Below are positions 40,506 through 51,566 of a stretch of 64,000 nt of DNA, piece by piece; positions within the stretch are counted from its first letter, which is position 1; each line of letters begins with the position of its first letter. Origin of the DNA: Caecitellus pseudoparvulus (lineage: Eukaryota; Protista; Bigyra: Bicosoecida). Position numbers and translations under genes: made by a program. The stretch spans positions 1 through 64,000 of the forward strand of contig CBFFRQ010000035.1 of the NCBI GenBank assembly GCA_965644315.1, given 5' to 3'. Below the pieces are notes generated by a model. The model saw only the letters and a list, made by a program, of their open reading frames with translations, was not told where the DNA came from and did not search any database.

Positions 40506-43500
40506 TCAAATGTCGCCCCCTGGGCCAGGGTGGCTGCCGTAGTCATATCCGTGGTGCAGCTGGCTGGACTGGCTGGTGGCGTATTCCTGACCGTACCCTT
40601 GCGAAGGGTCTGCGTGCCCTTGGTAGGAGTGAGGCTGCTCATACTGGCTGCCATACCCGGCGCCATGGTGAGGCATGCCTTGGCTGCCAGGCAGCCCCTG
40701 TGACCCGTACGCATCACCTCCGTACACATGCTGGGCTGGCGGGCCAGGGGGCATGCCTGCTGCGTACTGAGGCATGGGGGGCTGCGCCTGCATCTGACTT
40801 GCTGGGGCGCCGAAGCGCGAGCGTCGAGGTGCGCCTGAGCCGGGGGTGCTGCTGCCTCCCTGCTGCTTGCGCCGAATGCGCCGCTTGAGCTCGGAGAGCG
40901 CGTGCTTTTTGAAGCCCATGATGAGCTGTGGGATGGTGGGGAAGATGCGGCGAGCCCAGAAGAATCCGTCAGGGGTAATGTTAACCTTCTCCTTGACGAT
41001 GGACTGCTTGCGCTTGGAAGGAGGTATCCAGGACAGGATCAGCGTGCCCAGCAGCGTTTCGTCGTGGCCCGCGTAGGGGTGCACCAGGTAGGGGATGCGG
41101 TCGGGGTCGGCACTTCTGCGGTCCCGCAGCTCAGCGTCCACGTGGTCTTGCAAGAGGTCGCGGAAGTTGGAGTCCTGCCTGGCTTCACGGATGAGGTCAC
41201 AGAGCCGCTCCATGTGCCGGGCAGTCAACTCATCCAGGTCTGCGTACTCGTACGGCTCCATGCGCTTGGTGGTGGCGTTGTACTTGCTGCCCATGAGCAG
41301 GCGCTTGCCCAGGGCGCGCTTGCCGTGCGCATCGCCGGCAGGCTTGTCCAGCTCCTTGATGCTGAGGTGCACGACGACGGAGGGGGCAAACTTCCACGAC
41401 ACGGTGAGGTGGTCGGGGCCCTTGGAGGACGGGCGGATGACGTACGTGTACAGGGGCTTGTCTTCCAAGTACCGCACGGCGGCGGCGCTGGTCAAGTTTT
41501 TGAAGGTGGAGTGCCCGATGGGGCGCAGGATGAGGGAGGTGCCGTGGGCGCCCCGCAGGCGCGCCCCGCCGATGCCGTCCGCCTCGTCCATCTGCATCTC
41601 GCCGAGCTCCTGCGCAATGGCATCCTCCAGCAGGCGAAGCGCGACAATGTCCACGTGCGGGTCCATGGCTGGCAAGGGCGGCGGCGCACGCGTCATGTCC
41701 TGCAGGGCAGTCAGCGTCACGCTGTGGTAGGCGTAGTCGACCTTCTGGACACGCACGCGGATGAGGGCGTCCTCTTTGAACAGGCGGGTGAGGTCCACCT
41801 GCGCCCCGTACGGGGCTGCGTCGTGCATGCCTGGCTGCGTGGTCAGCCCCTGCTGCTCCAGGTGCTGCTGTTGTTCGGGAGTCAGCAGCACGTCGCGGTT
41901 GAGGATGCCCGAGACGCCGCACTCCAAGCGCACGACCAGGCGGAAGTCCATCACCCGCGTGATGCGCGCCTGTGTCACCAGCCCCGGGTACAGCGTGTGG
42001 GGCGTCTCGCCGGTGAGCATGGTGAAGGCTGCAGCGGGGCTGGGGGGTGCCCAGGGCAGCGTGATGCCCAGCCCCGGCACCCGCAGCTGGTGCTTCATGC
42101 CCTGCAGCTTGTACAGCGCCCGCTCGTTGCCGGCGTCCTCCAGCGCAGCGGCGAAGGCCACGATGTCGATCTGGGCCAGGGCGTCGTCGTTGTGCGTCAC
42201 CCTGTCCCTGCCGCCCAGCTGGCTGATCTCCTCTTCGCTCAGGAAGCCAGGGGAAGACAGCAGTCCCGGGAAGGCCTCTTCTGGTGGCCAGCTGCCTGCC
42301 GGTCCAGGCAGGAACTGCCCCTGCCGGGAGGTGCTCAGGGCGCCGTCCCGTGGTAGCTTGCCCTGCGTCGCCTCGAAGAGCTGCTTCAGGAAGCCCAGGC
42401 GTGTGTGGCGCACGACGTTGCGGATGAGGGCGCGGTAGGTGCGGGGTTCGTCGGGGTGGGGCGGCGTGCTCTGGGCGCCGACCTGCGCCTCTAGCTGCTG
42501 CTCGGGGGACAGCTGCTTGTCCAGCTCCCCCGCCACGTGCACTGCGATGTGGTACATGGCCGGGTGGACGAGGGTGGCGTCCAGGGGGTTCCGCTGCAGC
42601 GCGGGGGCCTCAGCCGGCCCTTCGTCCTCCCGCATGTCGCCGTCGGCGCTGAAGTCGTACTTGAGGGCGAGGGGTGCGCCCGCCAAGGCGGGGTCGGGGA
42701 TGGTCAAGAAGGGCGCGGCGTTGTTGAAGACGGTCTGCTCCATGAGGCGCTTGGCTAGCAGCGCGGAGCGGGAGACGAGGGGGGTGGGCCACAGTGTGGC
42801 CACGCCGCGCAGGGGTGCTGGCGCAGCGCGCTGGGCTGCGTCCACTGCGGCCGCGTCGGGCTGCGCGCGCAGCTGCGCCTGCAGCGTCTCCAGCAGGGCC
42901 TTGGCCTTGCGGGGCCCTAGGCCGGGAACGAACTGCAGGAGGGGCTCCGCGTGCGGCGTGCGTACGAGGGAGTTAATGTCCACGCCGCAATTGGCAGCGC
43001 ACTCCACCATGACACGCTCCAGGGCGCGCAGGAGAATGCCCTGGGGCACGCCCCCCTGCTGTGGGTGCAGAGGCAGGCCCAGGGGCTGCTTGGAGCTGGA
43101 GGCCATGCCAGGGGCCAAGGCGGGGCCGGCTGAGGAGGTGCCGACGACAGCGGCGCCCTCCAGGGGCCACAGTGCCGCCAGCGCCCGCAGGGGGTGCTGC
43201 AGGTACCTGCCACTCGCCACTGCCAGGCGCATGGTGCGGCGTGTGTCTGGGAACTCCTTGGCGTAGGCGGGGGATTCTGCCAGCGCCAGCGGCGCATCTG
43301 CATCGGCCAGGACCACAGGCAGGGTGTGGGGCAGGGCGGGTGCGACCGGCTCGGGCGGCGGCAGGGCATCAAAGCCACGGCGCGGGGCCACCTCGGGCAG
43401 TGGCACCGTGCGCAGGCGGCGCTTGGACCAGGCGCCACCCTCCACCCACTTGGCCAGGACGGGGGCGAGGTCGCGCAGGGCGCCGCCTGGTCCAAAGGCG

Positions 43501-46500
43501 CCTTCCTGCAGCAAGGCGACAGAGCCCTGCGTCTGGGAGCGGCGGGGGGCCCGGGAGCCCTGCTTGATGGCACGGATGCTGTCGCCCTCGAACTCCATGG
43601 CGCTGGAGTCCATGGCAGCGCCCGACAGCACGGCCGCAAGGGAGATGCCCTTGTCCATGTAGGCGCGCAGGGCCCGCCGAGCTGCTCGCCGGGCCCGGGC
43701 GATGTGCTCGTGGGCGGTGTTGGAGGCCTTGGCGACGCCGTCCTTGAGCAGGCGGCGAGAGGCCCCCGCGCCGCTGGGACAGACCACCGCCACGTCAGGC
43801 GCGTGGGCCAGCATGAGGCGCACGATGGCAGCCTGCGCCTCGTCCTGCTTACGGGGCAGCGCCACCAGCTCCAGCACCCGCCCATCCCGCCCCAGCACCA
43901 CCCCTGTGTCTGCATCGCCACTGCCACGGGTGGCAGGTGCCAGCACCAGGACACGGCAGCGCGGGTCCCACCTCGCCGCGCCTTCGGATGCCATGGCCGC
44001 CGCCTCTGCCTCCAGAGCCCGGGCGGTGTCCAGACTGCCGCCAGGCACATCTGCCAGCGTCTCGCGGGGCGCCATGGGCGGGCGGCGGAAGGGCGCCGTC
44101 ATGGCGCGCGCCCGCAGCGCTGAGGCGGCCTCCCACGCCACGCGCTCCTGCGCCTTGGTGGCCAGCTCTGCGCGCAGCTCCTTGTCGAAGCTGGGCAGCC
44201 AGAAGCGGTTGATGGCGGTGAGGAGGATGCTCAGGCGCTCCTGGTCCAGACGGGGCAACTGCAGCCGGGCGCGGAGGGAGGGCACACAGGCGCCGGGGGT
44301 GAGGTCCCCCCGGCCCAGGTACACCGCCGCATCCGCTTGCAAGGAGTACACCGCAGGGAGACTGCCCTCGGCCCGTGCCTGGGCGGCAACGTCCAGCCAC
44401 TGCTCCATGCCCTGGGCGCTGAGGTACAGGGGCGCCAGCCATGCAAGGAACCACGCCTCACCATCCAGGGAGGCGGCATCCGCCTCCTCCTCCGGCGTCA
44501 GCTTCACAGGGTGCTCCGTGGACAGCGCGCAGGGCAGGTGTGCGCCGGGGGGCAGGTGCAGCTTCTCCAGGTGTGGACAGCGCTGCCCCATGTGCACCTC
44601 CAGCTTGAAGAGGCCACGCTTGGCGCCCTGTGCCAGGAGCAGCCACTGGGCCGGTCCGCCCACCCGCGCCGCCCAGTGCTCCACGTGCAGGTGGTCGGCT
44701 TGTGCGACGGGGAAGCCGCCAGGGCTGGGTCGGGAGGGAGCCTGGCCCACCTCGTGGCCCAAGAACACCCGTGTGCGGTCCCACCCCGCTGCGTGGCCGA
44801 AGCCCGCCTCGCAGCTGAAGTCTGGTCTGCGCTGCACAAGTGTCGTGGAGGGGTGGGGGTAGGTGACGTCGGCCAGGGTAGAGTCGTGCACGTCGTGGCG
44901 GTGCACTTGGGCCGCGTCTACGAGGCGGCGGGCGGCCTTGTCCAGCGGCTGCTCCGCAGCACGCGCCGACGCCCACGCCTCCAGCGCCTGGCGTGCCTCG
45001 CTGGGCTTCACGATGTGCTGCACTTGGCTGAAGGCGGCCACGGGTTTGTTGCGCAGCGCCTGCAGGCCGTACATGGCGTGGCCGATCTCCAGCTCGTCAC
45101 AGCCCTTGCTGGTGGCCAGGGTGGAGACGTGGGCGTGGTGGCGGAACACTTGCCGGGCAAGTGCTCGGAGGCCAGGGTGCACGGCCAGCTCCAGCCCCGC
45201 CGCGAACCGCGCGCTCTTGAGCACATCCTCCTCCGACTCGAAGGCAGCGCAGATGCACGCCTCGATGGAGCTCTGGAAGGCGCTCTCTGTGACGTGGGGG
45301 GGGGCTTCCTGCCGCCCCGGCTCCTGCACGCAGCGCTGGAGGACGCTGGGCGACAGGGTGAAAGTGGCGGCGAGGAGGGACCCCCCGCCGCCCTGGGCCG
45401 CCGCGTACAGTGCGAGCTCGCCGCTGCTGCCCTTCACTGCCGCCAGCTCCTCTGCCTTGGCGGCCTTGGACACCAGCAGCAGGGCAGTGGCCTTCGTGTG
45501 CAGCGCCTTGGCGGCCAGGGCAGCGTCGGCCAGGGCGGGGGCGCCCAGCTTGTCTGGTTCGCTGATGCACCCCAGCACCTCGGCCTGGGCTTCGGGGGAC
45601 ACCGCCTCCACGGCGGCCTGCAGAGCAGCCAGGCGCCGGGCGCGATGTGCCTCCAGCGCAGCGCCAGCGGCACCAAAGCTCGCTGGCGCTGCTGCCTGTG
45701 CCGCTGCCTCAGCATGGTAGGCTTCGGAGTTGGCGCCGTCAGCCTGCAGAGCCTGGACGGTGGCTGACAGGGTGGCGGCGGCGGCGTTGGCCTGGGAGTA
45801 GTGCCGCACCCACTCCTCGTCCAGGTCCAGGACGCGCCAGAGGTGGTGCAGGCGTAATACGGGCGGGAAGCTCTCCCGGCGGTGGGCCCACACTGTGCAC
45901 ACTTCCAGATTTGCCGACAGCACCAGGCTGAGGATGGCGCTGACGCCGTCAGTGAGAGCGGCGAGGACGGCGGGGTCCGAGGTGGTGGGCCCACCGTCTG
46001 GGCCCACCACCGGCTCGCCGTACCGAGGGTCGGCTGCGTAGCTGGCGAAGTACTGGTTGCCGCAGACGCTGTCCCTGGACACGTCGTAGCCAGACTCGTG
46101 CAGCTCCACCAGGAGACGGGTGGCGATCCAGGCTGACTCCTGCATGGCCAGGGCCGTGTCGGCCGCCAGGGCCGCCTCGCCCTCCTCCCCCAGCAACTGC
46201 GCCCGGCTACCCCGCAGGGAGAAGAGGCGCTCGGGGATGTCTGCCTCGCGCATGGCGCGGTCGACGTCGGAGACGAAGAGACGCCCCACCTCGTCTGGCT
46301 CGAAGGCGGCGGCCATGAGCTTGGACAGCTGCTTGCTCTGGGCGGCGTCAGGCGCCCCGTCGCCCGGCACCGTCTCCTCAAACAACTCGTCGCCGTACAC
46401 CTCCGACAGCACCTGCACCGCCAGCTCGGGGTCGGGCTCGTCCATCTCCTGCTGGGAGGCTAGCATGGAGGTGGCAAAGGCGCCAAAAATACTCTCGAAG

Positions 46501-47287
46501 TCCGTCATTTCCTCCGCCGACACGGTGCTCGCGACGGCTTGGACTCGCTTGCGTGCGGCGCGTGGCACTCGGGGGCCTTCCCGCTCGATGAAGTCGTCCA
46601 TGCCCTCCGAGTCAAACTCCTCCTCTTCTTCGAAGCCCCCTCCAGCGGCGTGGCCGAGGGGCGCCTCACCAGCGGAAGCCTTGCGGCGCTCTCTCTGTGA
46701 AGGGGGTGGGAGGGGCGGTGTGGAAATGCAACGCTGCTGAAACGCCAGCGCGGCGGGCTGCGCACCTCCGCTGCCTCGAACGACTTCAAGATGTCTTCAT
46801 CACCAGGCAGACGGGGTCCATCTTCTGAGGTCAAGAACTCCCCTGCGGCGTTCTCCTTCACCAGCGCCAGGTCCTCGTCGTCCAACACTGTCTCCCGCTT
46901 GGCTCGCAGGCGGCGCTTCTTCCCACGCTTGCCCGCCTCTGCACCTGAGCCAGCTTCATCCCCACCATCAGAGTCAGAGTCAGAGTCGTCCGAGTCGTCA
47001 CTGGAGCTCTCCCGGTCGTCGGAGCCCTCTGAGCCGTCGGACTCTGCGCCAGCATTCCGGGCGCCCCCAACTTCCGCAGCACCATCAGTCTTGTCTACAA
47101 AGCCATCGTCCTCGTACGAGTCCACGCTGGCGCCGTCCTCCTCCCCACCACTGGCTGCATTGCCCCCACCACCATCACTCTCCTCTGCTTCGTCCACAAC
47201 GTACTTGTGGCGGGCCTTCTTACTGACGCCAGGCTGCAAGTCTGGATCGCCGCCGCCTGGGCGCTTGGCTCCACCGACGGAGGCCAT
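40506..47287 (-). CDS. SPT6: Transcription elongation factor SPT6; exons 47287-46766, 46694-40506 (2236 aa)
   Basis: Acidic N-terminus with LDDEDLALVKEN, ADIPER, GRYLQHPL, HhH LQFVPGLGPRKA, VFNNAAPFL, NPLDATLVHP, S1 domain, tandem SH2 (HSTFKN..IRPSSKGPDHLTVSWK). Intron 46695-46765. Confidence 0.95.
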
Positions 47288-47539
47288 GCCGGGCCGCCTG
47301 CTGAGCTGCGCGCCGCCAGGGCGAGGGTGGCTGACAGCGAGAGCGTGGGGTTACTGCTCACGGGCCGGGCCGGGGGGGCGTGAGGTGCTGTGCCGGGCCG
47401 GGGTTTTGGCCGCCATCCCACAGTCGCCGCCAGCCGCCACAACAGACCTGCATTTGAGGTGTGCCAGACCACTGCCGTGCTGGCGAGACACATACTTGCC
47501 TGCACGCGCCTGGCCCAGGGACTGGTCACGCAGCACACC

Positions 47540-48979
47540 ATGGCAGCGATCCGGCCCACGGCTGCAGGCGCCCTTGCGCGGCCGTTTGGCGGCGCCAAGC
47601 GAACACTGGAAGGCGAGGCCAGCCAGCGAAACGCCGCCACGAAACGCCCGGCCAGCACTCCCAGTGCAGGCGCCGCAGCGCTCTCCCGACCCTTTTCCTC
47701 CCAGCCAGCCACAACAACCTCCACAGGCAGTGCTCTGACTGCTGGCCGGCTGGCCCAGCACGCCGCCTCTGTGCGTGGGAAGGGGGCTGCGCAGGGCATG
47801 CGCAGCCGCCGCAGCGTGCCGTCGGACGCCGATTCAGACGCCTTCACGGCAGGCAGTGGGCTGGACGGCAGCTCAGCTCTGGGCAAGGGCGAAGACGAGG
47901 CAGGCGCAAAGCCTCTGCGATCCTTCGTGTGGGACTCGGGCAAGGGCCAGGTGCTGGCGTCTGACCCTGACGGCGTGAAAGCCAACAAGGCTCTACGCCT
48001 GGCACGTGAGGCGGCACGTGCGACCATGGCAGCACGCGCGTCGGCTGGGGGCGCAGGTGTGGGGGGTGCGGCGCGTGGCGCGTACGCCGGCGGCACTGGG
48101 GGCTCCACCGCGCCACAGTTGCAGGTGGTTGGCGGCGAGATTGTCATCGCGGAGGAGTCACTGGTGTACCGGGCAGGCGGTTCCTCCGCGCCACCCGACA
48201 CCAGCACCATGGCCACCATCACAGAGGCGGGGGATGCGTCTGGCACGACCAACAGCTCCTTCGCCGCCCGTGCCCGTGCCCGTGTGTGGACCCTGGCCGA
48301 CACACGCCGGTTCTACGACGCGCTGATGAGCGTGGGGGCTGACTTCACCATGCTGCAGCGATACTTCCCCGGCCGCACGCGCAAGCAGCTGAAGCACAAG
48401 TTCCGCCAGGAGGAGCGGCGGTTCCCGCAGCTCGTGGATGCCGCCATGCTCTGCCGCACTGGCTTCACCACTGCGCTGGACTCGGCCAATATCACGGCAG
48501 GCGAGGAGGCGCTCAAACGCCGTGTGGCGGCGAAGCTGAACGTGGCAGTGCAGGATCCCGCCGTACAGGAGGCGCTGGAGCGTGAGAAGCGGCTGGTGCT
48601 GCAGGCGGATATGTGGACGGACACGCGCCCGCCGCAGGATGGGGAGGGAGACGCCGCCGCCGCCGCCGCGGCAAACGTGGCCGCTCTGATCGGAGACAGC
48701 GACGAGGAGGGGGGGGACGCGGGTGCGCCTGTGGCGGAGGGGTCGGCGTCTCAGGCCACTGTGCCGGAGTCAGCCACACAGCCAAGCAAGGCCACACAGG
48801 CGTCGACGGCGCCACCCCCTGACGCGCCCTCACTCTCCCGCGCATCCTCTGCCGCCAGTTCTGCACAGGTGTCTTTCCTGGGCGACGACAGCGACGACAG
48901 CGATGACAGCGACGGCGCCGATAGCGACGAGGGCGCTGCAGCAGCACTGTTGCCGTCAGCGCAGCAGGAGACGGGCTGA
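47540..48979 (+). CDS. BDP1: TFIIIB B'' subunit BDP1-like (SANT/Myb domain), 479 aa
   Basis: APQLQVVGGEIVIAEESL, NSSF, WTLADTRRFYDALMSVGADFTMLQRYFPGRTRKQLKHKFRQEER. Confidence 0.88.
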   Translation: MAAIRPTAAGALARPFGGAKRTLEGEASQRNAATKRPASTPSAGAAALSRPFSSQPATTTSTGSALTAGRLAQHAASVRGKGAAQGMRSRRSVPSDADSDAFTAGSGLDGSSALGKGEDEAGAKPLRSFVWDSGKGQVLASDPDGVKANKALRLAREAARATMAARASAGGAGVGGAARGAYAGGTGGSTAPQLQVVGGEIVIAEESLVYRAGGSSAPPDTSTMATITEAGDASGTTNSSFAARARARVWTLADTRRFYDALMSVGADFTMLQRYFPGRTRKQLKHKFRQEERRFPQLVDAAMLCRTGFTTALDSANITAGEEALKRRVAAKLNVAVQDPAVQEALEREKRLVLQADMWTDTRPPQDGEGDAAAAAAANVAALIGDSDEEGGDAGAPVAEGSASQATVPESATQPSKATQASTAPPPDAPSLSRASSAASSAQVSFLGDDSDDSDDSDGADSDEGAAAALLPSAQQETG

Positions 48980-49188
48980 GTGCGGGCGGCTGGCCGTTTG
49001 GAGCGAGTGGCAAATCCTGCGCATTCCGCCCCGCAATACAGTTTATCAGTCTTGTACTTGCTTTGCCCGCCTCCAGTCGGTGAAGGCGCACGTTTCCACG
49101 CTGCTGTTCAACAGCGAGTGGAAGGCGTGGTGGCAATTTCCGCTGCTCGCCCACTTGCGCGCGTTCGCGGCTGCACTTAAGAGGCGCC

Positions 49189-51543
49189 ATGGAAGCCACT
49201 GCCTGCCCCATCGCTCTGCGATCTCACGTTCGTGCGGCCCATGCACTGCGCCAGGAGTCCCCCTTTGACCTGCCCCCGTCTGCGGCCTGCGAGCTGGAGC
49301 AGTTTCTGGGACAGGTTCGGCGAGAGTGCTCAACACGCAGCGGGGTAGGGTTAGGGGCCTTCTTGCTGACGCTGCTGACACAGCCGGCACTGGCCGGCCT
49401 GCCCCTGGAAGTGCAACCGCCCACAAGTCACGCCAGTGCCCAAGCGCTGACCATGCCTGCAGACCCTCTGACGCTGAGTCTGCCACGTCAAGCGCTGCAG
49501 GCTTGTCTGACCCTGGCGCCGCACCTGCAGCAGCCTTGCCCGCTGGTCCTGCAGCGGCTCACACGGCTTGTTGCCCTGCCTGTCATCCGCAAGGCGTGGA
49601 AGGACCACCACCGCTTCGAGATCAGCAACACCCCACACGCCGAGCTGTGGCGCCTGCAGCCGGTGCTCATGCTGGTTGACGGCCTTGCAAGCTGCGCATC
49701 ACGCTTGCGCTCGGCCCAGCGCAAGCCGGAGACGCTGCATGCGAATTTGACGGGCATTGCCAAAGGCCTGCTGCTGTGCGTGGGGGACGAGGAGTGCAAC
49801 GGACCCGGAGCGGGCCTCGTGTTGGGGAACGTTTCTGCCGAGCTTCGAACAGGACACCCCCCCAACCTCCGCCTGTGCCCCCACCACTTCCAGCGTTTCC
49901 TCGCACTGCGACTGGCCGCGCACGCAGCACAGGGCGATGTGGCCAAGGCTCTGTTGGCCGCCTGTGAGTGGCTGGCACAGGCGGGGGGGTTGCTGGGGGA
50001 GCAGAGTGTGCCGGGGGGCGGCGACAGCCACGCCAGGCACCGGCAGGCACTGACGGGCCCATTCGGCATGCCAGTGCATGGACCACTGTGGCCGTCCCCC
50101 AAGCCCTTCCCTTGCCCGCTTACCATGCACCACCCAGTGCTCCCTCGCACGGACGTGCCGGCCGAGGTGAGCCGCCTGTTGCTGCGGCGTTTTCTGCACC
50201 CCTGCGTCGTGACGGAGGCACACAGCAGCAGCCTCACACCCCTGGCAGACCCAAGCACCCACATGGAGGCGCTGGCATCCATAACACGCTTGACGGGGTG
50301 GGATTGGGGCGAGGCCATGGGTTGCCTGGAACGCGCTGCGCCGGAACCGCACGACGACGACTGTGACGAGCCGCGGCACCCGCCCAAGGCGGATGCCAGT
50401 TTTCTGGGGCTGTGGGTGGACCCACACCTGGGCGCTCTGGGTGAAGTGATGTGGCCACTGCTTCAAGCAGCGCCTCCGCCGCCCGCGCACAAGTACAGCA
50501 GCCTGCCTGCTCTGGGGGCGGCGTCGCCCAAAGCCCTGCCCCGGATCGTGCAAGCGACCATTCCTGAGCGCCTTGCCGCGGCACTGCAGTTGCTCTTCAC
50601 AGAGCAGGGACCCCGTGGTGCCAGCAGTGTGTACTGCTTCGTCGCGCGGTGTCTGGCTGAGGTCGGCGGTTTCACCAAGGCCCACTCTGGCGGCGTTGCA
50701 TGGGCGGCCAAGTTAGACCAGCTCCTGCGCGGGGACTTTGAAGGGGCCGGGCCCTTCCCTGCGAACGTCGTGGAGCAGACGATGCAGAAACTGCACGCAT
50801 TGCAGCGCGGCCTGCAGCACCTGCTCAAGACACACCCAGACTTGCTTGTTCGTGGTGCCGCCGCCACCCTTCCTGGCCCGCAGGCGCCCCCCCCCGACTG
50901 TCCCAAGGACGCCCCAGGCGCACGCAGCGCCAAGTGCAGTGTCTTTGACGCGCAAACGTTTGGATTGCATGGTATAGTCATGCAGCTGGCCCTGGTGCCC
51001 TCACGTTTGCACTTGCCTGAGGGCCGAGACCCGATTGATATCCCGCCTGCCGTGCACTCAGTGAAGTGGACCACCCTGCACCCATCGTACCACGACGCTC
51101 AGGCCGTGCTAGGGCTGACCAGCCCCGGTGATGAGCCGTCCAGTGGACCAGTTTGCAGCTCCTCCATCTCCACACCCGTTGCGCACGAGTTGCAGCGCCT
51201 TGTGCCACAGGCCCAGTGCGCGTGGGGCGGCGGGGGCCTGCCCAGCCTGGGTCACACGCCAGAGTGGCGGGCTGCGTGGCTGGCTGCGACGCGAAAGGCA
51301 GCAGTTGCGACGGAGCACAGCGTGCATGAAGGCCTCTTGCCTGTGGCATACACAGGCTTGCAGTGGCTGGAGAGCTGTGGCCTGCAGTGCCCAACTCCGC
51401 TGCGAACCGCCTTGGCAACTGAGGACGAACGCACTTCGGTGGTTGCAGGCGAGGAGCCTGGCGACAAGCGGGCTTGGTCGCGGCATCTCGCCTGGCTCGT
51501 CCGTCGACGGGCGGTGTTGCTGTGTGCGGCGGCGCAAGGCTAG
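49189..51543 (+). CDS. Hypothetical protein (784 aa; may contain an unrecognised intron)
   Basis: Long ORF with GCCATGG start filling the gap between BDP1 and the AIFM3-like gene. No motif recognised. Confidence 0.6.
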   Translation: MEATACPIALRSHVRAAHALRQESPFDLPPSAACELEQFLGQVRRECSTRSGVGLGAFLLTLLTQPALAGLPLEVQPPTSHASAQALTMPADPLTLSLPRQALQACLTLAPHLQQPCPLVLQRLTRLVALPVIRKAWKDHHRFEISNTPHAELWRLQPVLMLVDGLASCASRLRSAQRKPETLHANLTGIAKGLLLCVGDEECNGPGAGLVLGNVSAELRTGHPPNLRLCPHHFQRFLALRLAAHAAQGDVAKALLAACEWLAQAGGLLGEQSVPGGGDSHARHRQALTGPFGMPVHGPLWPSPKPFPCPLTMHHPVLPRTDVPAEVSRLLLRRFLHPCVVTEAHSSSLTPLADPSTHMEALASITRLTGWDWGEAMGCLERAAPEPHDDDCDEPRHPPKADASFLGLWVDPHLGALGEVMWPLLQAAPPPPAHKYSSLPALGAASPKALPRIVQATIPERLAAALQLLFTEQGPRGASSVYCFVARCLAEVGGFTKAHSGGVAWAAKLDQLLRGDFEGAGPFPANVVEQTMQKLHALQRGLQHLLKTHPDLLVRGAAATLPGPQAPPPDCPKDAPGARSAKCSVFDAQTFGLHGIVMQLALVPSRLHLPEGRDPIDIPPAVHSVKWTTLHPSYHDAQAVLGLTSPGDEPSSGPVCSSSISTPVAHELQRLVPQAQCAWGGGGLPSLGHTPEWRAAWLAATRKAAVATEHSVHEGLLPVAYTGLQWLESCGLQCPTPLRTALATEDERTSVVAGEEPGDKRAWSRHLAWLVRRRAVLLCAAAQG

Positions 51544-51566
51544 GGCAGCCGCGGGGCGTGCATTGC

